Below are positions 12,501-24,500 of a stretch of 43,970 bases of DNA, piece after piece. The translations under genes and the position numbers were made by a program. Source of the DNA: Phoronis australis (Eukaryota; Animalia; Phoronida); NCBI GenBank assembly GCA_002633005.1, contig NMRA01000917.1, positions 1 through 43,970 on the forward strand, given 5' to 3'. Each line of letters starts with the position of its first letter. Positions within the stretch are counted from its first letter, which is position 1. The notes beneath the pieces are model-generated. The model did no database searches. It was not told the DNA's origin and saw only the letters and a list, made by a program, of their open reading frames with translations.

Positions 12501-15500
12501 TAAAAGAGTGTGTGATTGAGAGCACATCCTAAAGTGTATACAGAAAGTGGGAAAACTAAAATTGTTCCAACCAGGTTCCCCAAACGGTAAATTCAGCACC
12601 TCTAATTGACAGATGTTCTCTTGAATGTTTTGCATATTTCGTTTTGTCATCCTCTTTTCGACTAATCGCGGCTCTACGGCTACGCTGGTCGCATTGCGCT
12701 TTCTACGTCTTGGGACAAGTTGTGATGTTGTTCGCTTATCAGCTGGTTGCCTCTGATCTTGTCATCACTGATTATGCGGGAGTCAACAGTATCGTCGTTT
12801 CTTTTGCGTAGCTATGAGCCTACTGGTCCACGCTCTTGGTTGCAACTCCGGTCGTAGTTAAGGCGGTCGTTGGCACGTTGTTATAAAGACGATGCTACGT
12901 TTTTTCAGAAGACTTGAATGTTCCAAGTGTTGTAACGTAGACATTTTTTCATATTCAAAATTAACACTACTTTCACAAGCCACTCAATGAACGATTTGCA
13001 AATCAAAATCAAAGTTACGACTGGTATCAAGTTTTGAGTCTGCAATTATCATTGAACATACAGTGCATATTGCAATCTAGTGTACCACGTAATATTACCA
13101 CATTTTAAGGAATCGATTAAGTACGCGCAATGATTAATTTTACCTGCACTGGGGTAATAAGAACGGACATCGTGCTCTGGTTGTCTATATTTATAACTAC
13201 TTGTTTTTGTTGTACAATTACATGTACCTACCGCAAGCTAATAGCGAAACATCGTCCAAAATATGACCTCCATATGGATCCGAATCGCTGTTTGCTGCTC
13301 GAAAGACTACCTGTTGGTAAAAGAAATTGAGTTAGTAGCCCGTGGAAAAACCTGGCAAAGCCGTTATCATGATTCTCTTTGAATGAGTATCAGCCTGTCC
13401 AAGTGACAGCTATATGTACTAAGGCCGTCCTGTAAAATATATTTGCTTTCCGCCGTCTTGTCCAGGACGTGTTCAGCATAAAAGTAAAGCAATAGGCACT
13501 AGAATATGGTCAACGGTCTTTATCGTGGAACGGTTTCACATATATCTATTGCCGCCCTCAACGGCCACTTTTTACTAATTAGATTCAGAAAATTTCATTT
13601 CAAATGCTACACAGGAAGTAGAATTGAATATGGGAAAGTATATTAAAAAGTTTTTGGAAATTTTAATCAAAGATATTTTAATCAATAAATGACAGAATTG
13701 CCGTTTTGTGGGCGTTGAGCATCATGTTTTTGGACTTCGTGAAACAAAAGTTAAAATGACCACGCATTAGAAAAGAACCACAGTACCTTTCATAGTTAGT
13801 GAAACATGGTAAACTTACCAAATGTGCCTTAAATGGTGACATTTTAAAAATCAAACGCATGTACTTGTATGTCCTTGTCCAGTCTCAACAAAAAATAAAA
13901 AATAATTACAGGCGGTCTAGTACGCGTTGTACCAGACTTGCGTAGGCCGCGCACGTGGGCAGATTGCACTGATCACCTGGAACCATTTTTATGCTGTATT
14001 AAATAGTCTTAACAAAGCCCCCAAATTATTTTATGGTTTCTGGTTTATTAGGTTTACACCCTTCCGACAAAAACTGAATGTTCCGTTCCATGTTAGCTGA
14101 TTCCACATTGAATGCTTCGCGTTTTGTACGTATTTTACTTTTATAGAAGAGGTTTTCGTTACATCCTGCTAAAAAGTATGACATTTTCACGAAACATTTT
14201 CCTACCAATGGTGCCTTATCCGACAAAATTTCTAAACAAGGCTCACTTTTTCAGTTGCACAAATGTGCTGAAGAATTTTCAAATTGATTTCAAAAAATTG
14301 TTCAAGTGACTTAGTGTTTGACATAACGATATCTCTTCACTTCCTGTTGGGGGTTTAACGAGTTCGTTTTTTATTAAAATCACTGTCCAAAGATCTCTAC
14401 GTTGATTCAAAAGTGGATCATGGTAATAGCAACTCCTAACAGCGTCTTGAGGAACAGTGCGTAAAGCATAGTGACTGAAAGTTCAACTGATTGAAATCAG
14501 CCATATTCCAAAGTTAGCCAAATGAGATCATTTTGAAGGATCTTTCATAGTCAAATGTCTTAATCCAAATAACTTTGAGGACTGGAATTGTTAAACATTT
14601 GCTATATTTATAGTCCAAATGTTCAAATCATGTGAGGTTTTTGCTGCTCCAGAAGTCATCGCTACACATGTTGCTTGTAAATGCCAACATACCTTGTATG
14701 GTGTGGTAGTAAGTTGTGATACGTCGATAAATGCCCTCTTCCAACTGTTGCCCTGGTTTCCACTAACAGAAAATACATCCACTTCTGTACTGCCTTGAGA
14801 TATAGAAACAGTGAAGGCACCCAGACCTTGAAGGTTCATAAAATAATAAAATTCCAGGGCACATCCTCTGTATGAAGACAACTGCGACGTGAGAGTTGTG
14901 TTCTTTTTGATGGTTGGTTTGTGTATCTTTGTTTGCGCAAACATTGCCTTACCTGTAAATACAATATGTTATAAGCAGATGCAGACTTTGTTGTGTACGC
15001 AAGTAGCCGGGTAAAGGCAACCACTAAGCCACGCGTAGTGGTACATGGATTTCATGTAGAAGCCGACATTACAACAAAATCCCTTCTTCTACCCGAAAGC
15101 AACTCTATTACCCACGAGCATCATGATTGTATAAATTTACACTCTCCCTTGTCACCCAGTGATAAGTTCATAGGTGAGAAGAAATCCTTCCATTACCAAT
15201 TTACTTACGCTGAGAGAGTGAGAGGTTCATTTTATGAAAATGTGTTTGATATTAAGAACAGGAAAAGAGTGACAATAGGACCGTCCAGAAATAGCACAAT
15301 ACCACTGTCTCCCAGTTCATGGATTTTACCCACAATGCAACACACGTGTCAAGGACTTTCTACATGAAGATACGTGTCACTCTCTTGCATCTCAACGACT
15401 ACGTAATTTCTCATTGGATTGCTGGTAAAATTGTATTATTGCAGTTTCAATTGCAGTGCTGTTTCCAAGAAAGTGGCAAATTAGGCAAATGTCAGTGCTG

Positions 15501-18500
15501 GATGTGATTTTCTTGTTATCATACTTGGGAGTGCCTGGCAGTTTGAAAAGTACCGACCATGCATTTTTTTATTTTGCATTTACGAAAAAGTTCAGTTCAG
15601 GATAGGGCAGTTATATGAACGAAATGCACCAGAGGCTCTCTCTCTCTCTGAACGGGAACACCGCTAAAAGAAAGGCAACATGATAAAAAATTCACGTCTG
15701 ATTCCTTGGAGATAATACTGAACGTTCTCTAAAAGGATACTCATCGCATCGTTTGCTTCGTGTAATGTAACACCAGTATTCCTAAAGCCAACTGACTGGC
15801 TACTGTAATTGACAAGGACTCTTATACTTGTATAGTTATGTCTCATAAAAACACATTCGTTCTTATCATCTAGGTGTCGATCAAATTAATACTTTTTGCT
15901 TGACAATCAAAGGCTTGTTCTTGGAAAACTGACATCAGATTATTCCGGCAACAGTTTAATCTGTAAGACATGCTTGTTCAACACCCCATTCTATTTCCAC
16001 AGAGCTGTCCCAATAAGATAATGATGGCGATTCATTTAGCTCCATACATACCTGTGGTACTGCGATCAGATGTACCTGGTCCGCCACGAATGTGTGATAA
16101 ATCGCTCAATTCCCAAAAGTAATTGTAGTAACCAAATCTCCCAGCTTTGAATATTTCTATGTTGTATCCGCATATTGCGTCGTCATCAAACGAACAACTT
16201 ATTTTGTCGCATCCCAAGAGGTTCAAACCTGAAACAGAAACGGGGTAATAAAGCGCCTACCACTGGTTAGTTATACTGAGTTCTTTCAAAACTATCATTT
16301 TCAAGTGAGTTTCAAGCTATTGTGAAACGCGGTGGCATCAAGAATTTAAGATAATATACAGCGGGCGTTATTCCAAAAATGCGCTTTTAATTGTATGGAA
16401 GCTTCGTGTAGGTTACACTTACGTTGACTGGTGAAATGCACCGCAACTTAATCCTTCCATGACGTTTCACCTTACTGACAAACTGAGAAGAAACACTTCT
16501 TGAATTATTAAGAACTAAGAACATATTCCAGTCAAGGCTACGCTCACCGGTCTATTAACCTATCTTGTGCTGAGAATTCTGCATTGCATTACAGAAAACT
16601 GTACTAGTCGAACGCTACCAACTTAACGTTCAATATCATAGGGGGATGGGCTCACATAAACACGTTAATTTGCTAGCAAGGTCTGAACAAGTGCTGCCAT
16701 TTTTACAAGAATGCGACTTACAGTCGTCCGTGTGAGTCTCGCATTGCTTTCCAGAGAACCCTGTCGGGCATATGCATTGATAATCGTTGGTTTTGTCTAC
16801 GCATGTTGCTTCGTTCTTGCACGGATTTGACACGCAGTCGTCTTTATCATTCTGACAGAGATCGCCATCAAATCCCACTAAGCAGGAGCACGTGGCCTTA
16901 TTATCCATAACGAGGCATGCACCGCCGTTGCTGCAGGTCACTGCTTGACAAGGATCCACGACTGTCTCACAGTGAACGCCTGTATATTCCCGAGGGCATG
17001 CACATTTGTAGGAAATGGTGTACATTGCTGCGTCGACTATGTCCTGACACGTTCCACCATTTATGCACGGATCACTTCCGCACGCTGAAAAAGCGTTACA
17101 CGCCATAAAACTTTGGAGGCATACATGTAGTTATACCTGTAACCAAATTCATGAATCGCGATTATAACAATAAAAACATGATGAAGAGTTAATTTTAGAC
17201 CTGAACACGTTACGTGCGTAACGCGTTTAGGGTGTAATTTTCATTTTCAGTGTGCCAAAAAGATGCAGTACTGGAGAAACCACTCTTTAAGGTGTGCAAA
17301 TGTAACATAAGGAAATGCACCGCAGGCTGAAAAATCCTGGAAAACACTGAAAGAAATAGCATAAAAAATTGAAATTGAGTGCACATCATCTAGGAAACTT
17401 CGGTTTTATTTTCCTTGTCGAGAGTGAACATGAGGTACAATGCCAGAATACACTTTACTTAATGACCCACGTTGGGAAAGTTCATTATATTAGGGTCATA
17501 CTTTAAGTGTACTGTGTGATAGGTTGTACATGTAGTTTCGTTGTTTACATGAAATCTGGTTCATTCAATCAGTAGTATATTACCGTCGATTAGTTACTAT
17601 GAATTTTGCACTTCAAAATTCGAAGACCTCGTTACAACTGACAACCATGTATTCTTGGTATCCTTTATACCGTTAGACCTGAACGCTATTAACTTTCATT
17701 AAAAATCAATTACCACGACAGTCGGATCCACATACGCGAGTGTCCCACGAGCAACCCTTTATTCATCAACAGGGCTTTGCTATTAAGAATATTTAAGGAA
17801 AATTCATTGTTAGTCTTCTTCGGGAAAAAATGAGTATAACATTTTTGTCGTGATAAAACCCTCGAGGACAATGTCTTTCGTAATTTATAAATAGCAGCTT
17901 TCGACTTCTTCTGACTTTGGTGGCCAATGATACTGTTTTTACTTTTGTTGTTTGTTCGCATGTATGATGCTGATGTGCTCCACTTGAACTGAACATGTTG
18001 TGTGTTTTTTCGACCAATTTTAATACTTATCAGTTTCTCCTCGGTAATCTTTGGCAGTGGCACAGAAAGAGTGACTGGCACCTTGCCAATCTCGTAAAGC
18101 GGGAGTACCTTATGAACGGCTTTATATTTAAATATGGGAGTGGAAAATTGCACAACGAGGTGCCTGTACTTGGCATAAAAAGATGGTACAATTTAACCAA
18201 AGGATCACAGAAGCAGACGGTTCCATCATTATGATCCCGCCGTGATCGGCCATAGAAAAAAACGATACACATATACAAAGAGGTAAACAGTGTCTATGAC
18301 TTTCATCAACTGGCTCCTTGCAAAGGCGGAAGCCCCTAAACATGAGCGATTTGTTGCTTAAAAAGAAGGAATAGTAGTGACTGGTGGCATCATCAGTAAC
18401 CTTCTCCGCCACGTTACAATTCACATCAAGTGATACATACATGTATTATATCAAGAAGTAACCGAAAAACGTGAGCAACAGATGATGCTGTTATCAAGTG

Positions 18501-21500
18501 TCTTCTTGAATTTAAAAACCTGAATGAAGTTGCTCATTTAAATTTGTGTGAAAACATGTTGTTTAGACATTTTCAAAGCATTAAGATCAAGAGCACATGC
18601 TCAAGTATGTGTAAACTGTGCATAGAGCAGAAAGAGGGAACATCAAATATTTCCGGCCAGGTTCTCGCAAGGGCAAATTCAGCACTTCTAGTTGACAAGT
18701 GTTCTCTTCAATGCTCTGCATATCTCACTTTGTTGATCTCTTTTCGACTACCTGTGGCCGTATGGTTCGACCGGTCGCATCCCGCTTCCTACGGAAAGTT
18801 GTTACGTAGTTCACTTATCAGCTGGTAGGCTGTCGGCGTGTAATCATCGGTGATGGGGTAGCTTCTTTTGCGTAGCTATAAGCTCACGTACCCACTCCCA
18901 TGGTGGAAACACCGGAAGTAGCTATGGCAGTCGTAGGGGCGTTATTATAAAAACGATACTGCATTTTTTCAGAAGAGCTCCAAAGTTGCAAGTGTTGTGA
19001 CGTATACATGTTTTCATAATCAGCATTAACAAACACTTTCACGAGCCCCTTAATAAATGATTGCAAATCAAAATCAAAGTTATGAATGTTATCAAATTTT
19101 GAGGAAACCGCCGAGCTGGCAGTACCTGTGCACAGATATTGCACACAGTGTACCATGTAACATTACACCATATTTGAAGGAATCAAAGAAGATACACAAA
19201 CCAGATTTGCCTACACTACAGTAATACGAAAGGACATTTTGTTCTGGTGGTCTTTACTGGTAAAAGCTTTTATTTGTCAAACAATTACCAACCGCAATCT
19301 AGCAGCGAAACATCATCCAAAATGTGACCTCCATACGGAACTGAATCTCCATTTGTTGCTCGAAAGACTACCTGTTGGTAAAAGAAATTGAGTAAGTGTA
19401 TCGTAGAAAACACTGGCTAGGATGTTAGTATGAATCTCTACTAAGGACGTACTAAAATAATGTTTGCTTCCTGTCGTCCTGCGCATGAGCTGTTCAGCGT
19501 AAAAGTAAAGAAAGAAGTTTTTTAGTAGAGTATGGAAACGTTTTAGTAGCGTGCCGCACTCACGGGCAATAAATTTATTTCAGGAATTATTCTTGAAGTA
19601 CAATTGCTTGTGAAAAAGAACAAATACATGGTTTTGTAAATTTTATTCAAAGGCGTTTTAAATCAACTAATGACATAATTACAATTTTTGGTGACAACCT
19701 AATATTTTGTTCTTTGCGCAACTCAACATAACGCAACTTCAATAAAAAGGCCAAACGGCTCGTGGAAACTTTTATAGCAAGGGAAACATGTCTAATTCAT
19801 CAAAAGTGTCTTAAATACGATGATACTCCCTAAAAATCAGGCTCCTCTACTTTCAGCTCAATGTCCAGTCTAACCAAATTTCCCCGGGCTTATAACGTTT
19901 AATTACCTCCCAACTGAGATATCTAGTTTCGCCTCTGCTTACATGTAATTAAATGCAAATAAAATGATTTGAGTTGCGCATAAATTTTAAGATAGGGAGC
20001 ACGAGGAGAGGCAAACTAAACTTAAGCTTATATACATGTTTACAGTGTACCAGGCCTAATTGTTTTCTTAGTCAGTTTGCGTTGAAAGGAGTGACGTACT
20101 ATAAGTTAGTTCCGAATAAGATGCCGGGCGCATTCCCATGAAACAGATTTTCGAGACATCCTGCTTAGAAGTGTGACATTTTCAGGAACACGTTTTTTCA
20201 GAGGGCTGCCTTTTCTGACAAAATTTCGGCAAAATACTCATTTTCCCGTAACACAACTGTGCAGAGGTGTTTTCAAAATTAATTTTAAAAGTTGCTTCAA
20301 ATGACGCACTGGTTTTTGACATAATGGTTTCTCTTCATTTACTGTTGCGGGCTTAACGAGTTAAAATCACATTCCAAGAATATCCACTTTCATGCAAAAG
20401 TGAAACACCATAGTTAAAATTCATAACAACGTTTTGTAGAACAGTGCGTGAGTCATAAAAACTGAAAGTTCACATTTCTTATATATGATGTTCCGAACTT
20501 AGCCAAATGTGGTCAGAGGTGCTGCATACATGTAGCCTTAACTATTATTGTTACTGTCCAAACATTCAGGTGACTTGTGCCACTTTCCTTCTACAAAATT
20601 ATTCCCTACGTTTAAAACGAGGGTCTGAAGAACAAACGCCGCTTGCGAATGCCAGCATACATGTACCTTGTATGGTGTGGTAGTAAGTTGTGATACGTCG
20701 ATAAATGCCCTCTTCCAATTGTTCCCATGTTTTCCACTCACAGAAAAGACATTAACTTCTGTACTGCCTTGAGATATAGAAACAGTGAAGGGACCCAGTC
20801 CTTGAAGGTTCATAAAATAATAAAATTCCAGGGCACATCCTCTGCATGAAGACAACTGCGACGTGAGAATTGTGTTCTTGTTGATGGTTGGTTTGTGAAT
20901 CTTTGTCTTCGCAAACATTGCCTTACCTGTAAATATGCGCTATACGCTATAAGCGCTATACAAATTTTGTTGTGTATACAAGTCGCTGGGTACCAGCACA
21001 AACTAGTCCACACACACTGGATGGATTTAAGATTCAGCAACTAATATTTAACATACACCTTCATCAAAAGCAAGTATCTCTATCACCCACGAACATCCAT
21101 GTGACTACAAACTCTCCGTTGTCATCCAGTGGCAAATTGATAGAAATGAATTACGCGAGAGAGTAAGAGGCTCATCATATGAGAACATGTTTTTATTTAA
21201 GGACAGGGAACGAAACGAGCGACCCCCCTCTATAGTAAGCTTAGCGTTCCTCCCAATATAGGGTATACCTACGATGCAGCACGTGTTTAACACTTGCTCT
21301 GCATCCTGACCTGAAAAGTTACGATCCTGATTCTCAAGGATTACGTAATTTCTCTTTGGAATGCAGATAAACTTCATTATACGAGTTTGAGTTTCAATGG
21401 TGACAGCAAGAAATCGGCATTGCATGCATACATGTATATCAGGGTTGGGTGTGATAATCTTGGTATTTAACTCAGGAATGCCAATGACATTTTGAAAAGT

Positions 21501-24500
21501 AGGCCTACCAGTCACGCAATGTTTTTTTACCTTCACGAAAGAGAAGAGTCAATATTTCAGGATGTGCCTAATACATGAACGCCCAGTACCAGAGATCTCC
21601 ATGATAGCAAGTAGTAGCATATGTTAATAAAAACAAAGATGGATTTAAACCGGCTTGATAAGAGGTAACATCAGTATTTCATAAGAAAGACCTACACATG
21701 ATTTAACATTTGATTTTATAGCTTCACATCCTTTGTTTACAAGTTGGGTCTCATTAAAACTCTAATAGCGTGGGACTGATATGGCTACTCTACCTAATAG
21801 TGCATTACATAGTTATGGCTGGTCATCCAGGCGATAATCAAATTATAAACTGTGTTTTTTTGTAATCATGTTATTTCGGCAACATTTTTTTAAGTAAGAC
21901 ATCCATTGTGAAACACGGAATTTTATTGGCGCTTAACTGTCTTAATAGAATGACAGTGGTTATTCATTTAGCGTCACTCTTACCTGTTGTACTGTGATCA
22001 GATGTACCTGGTCCGCCACGAATGTACGATAAATCGTTCAGTTCCCAAAAGTAGTTGTAGTAACTAAATTTCCCAGCTTCGAAAATTTCTATGTTGTACC
22101 CGCATATTACGTCGTCATCAAATGAACAACTTACGTTGTCGCATCGCGAGATGTTGAAACCTGAAACAGAAATGTGGCAACATGGCGCCAACCTCCTGCC
22201 AGTTATACCGACTCCATTCCATGATTTAAGAAATGAGTTGCAAGCTGTTGTGAAACGTGGTGGGACCAAAAATTCTCAATGATATACTGATATACGACAA
22301 CCGTTATCCCAAAAATACCTCCAAAAATTTTCTGGACGCTTCATGCATCTATGCCTATGTTAACGAGCGAAAGGCACAGAGAAAAAATATTTTTATGACG
22401 CTTTACATCTTAGACACTAAAGGAGTAGTAATTCTTGTATCAGATTTATTGAGAACAATAAAAGCCAGCAAAGGCTACCCTCGCCGCGCTTATACCCTAT
22501 CTTATGTTTTGTCCATTATGGAAAAGTGTTCCAACTGAAAATGTTAGTTCGAGACAGAACAATCATTACGAAAACGTTGCCAATCATAAGCTGATGGGTT
22601 TGCACAAACATGTAAAGTCGTTAACTTATGTCTGCAAAGGTGCAGTCATTTGTACAAGAGTGCAACTTACAGTCGTCCACGTTAGTCTCGCATTGCTTTC
22701 CAGTGAACCCCTTCTGGCAGATGCATTGATAATCGTTGGTTTTGTCTACACATGTTGCTTCTTTCTTGCAGGGATTCGACATGCAGTCATCTATATCATT
22801 CTGACAGAGATCGCCATCAAATCCCGCTAAGCAGGAGCACGTGGCCTTGTCACCCGTAGCGAAGCATGTACCGCCGTTACTGCAGGTCACCGTTTGGCAA
22901 GGGTCCACGACTGTCTCGCAGTGAACGCCAGAATAGCCCCGACGACATATACACTTGTAAGAAGTGGTATACATTGTCGTATTAACTTGGTCCTGACATA
23001 TTCCACCATTTTTGCAAAGATCACTTGTGCAAGCTGAAGAAGTGTGACACGCCATAGAGTACTTGGAGGTATGCAAATGTAACCAACATACACGAACAGC
23101 ACAACATCAATAATGAGAATAAAACGGTTGGCATGATGGAGAACACGGTAACAAAGACCCGGATTAATTTTTGTGAATGAAATGCTTATATGGATATTTG
23201 AAAAGCAACCACATCTACATTTGGTGAATGCAAACTTGTCTAATTAGGAAAACTTACGAGTGAATGTACTGTTGCTTGAGGCTGGGCCAACAGGAAGCTG
23301 GAGAGAAAGAACAAACAGCGCAACCATCGGACTTGGTAGGAACTAACCAGCAGTTGGATATGAAGCATGAAGGGCTCTATAATGGTATTTGCCCAAATAA
23401 TAGGATTTATGTCAGAGTGCCATAAATCTCAGTATTTCAATTTTGCATTTTGATTCATAGTCGTTTCTATATACAATAGATGCAAAGTCAGGCGCTTTGG
23501 AAGGTAAAAAGATTGGGCGGGTGGTTGGGGGGACAAACATCAATTTGCATTCGCCACACCTATACCCCATGGTCCAAAATTTAAGATTCGTCCCTATCGC
23601 CAACCCTATTCTACCCGTGGTTGTCATTCCCTGCCATTGATGTGCGGACTTGGTATTCCCCGCCAACGGGTCTATAAATACCCAGGGACGGGTTAGTGAC
23701 AGTTAAAGTCGGTTGAGTCGGGCAAGTTAGAATTGAGTAACAGTTATAGAACCAGCGGTTACAGCGTTAATCAATAGAGAACCAGCTGTAGAGACAACAC
23801 GTTACTGATTCAAAGAATGTGTCAATTATCTTTTAGTGTCTCAGATCTTAATCACGAGTCAATGTTTCGCAGCACTGGGTGAAGAATAGAACAGACATTA
23901 CGTCGGACGTTTGGTTTGAGTAGATATGTGAACGTACAAGCCAGTCTTCAGTTTCGCACAAAAAGCTATTAGCACCGGTCAGTAACAACCTGCGCCCACT
24001 CATCCACGGGGAACACCTGATACTATGAGCAGAGCCCTTCTACGCCAGATTAACAAATGATTAACGAAATAATCGAAAAGTATAGCGAAAGATAACCCTG
24101 TTATCCCTTCAGAAGCGTAACTGTGTCTTCTTGAGATAAGAATCTGAAGGAAGTTGCTCTTTAAAATCTGGGCATAACACGTTTTTGGGGTTTTTAAAAG
24201 TATTATGACTTCATTCGTAGTCTAAATGCATTTTCGAGTGTAATTAGACTACATATAATGGAAAACTTGGGCAACCTAAACTGTCGCAGCCTTTACCAGA
24301 AAAGAGTAAATCCAGCAATTCTAGTTGTCAAACATTCTCTTAAATGGTCTGCGTAATTCGATTTGTCTTCTTCATCTCAACTGTCTCCGGACCTCTGCCG
24401 GTCGCCATAATTGCACCCAGTCACCTTCAAATCGTTAGGGGGTAGGAATGCGGCAACCCCTTTCCTAAAAATGGTGCAGGTGGCCTGGTGCATCAGGCGT

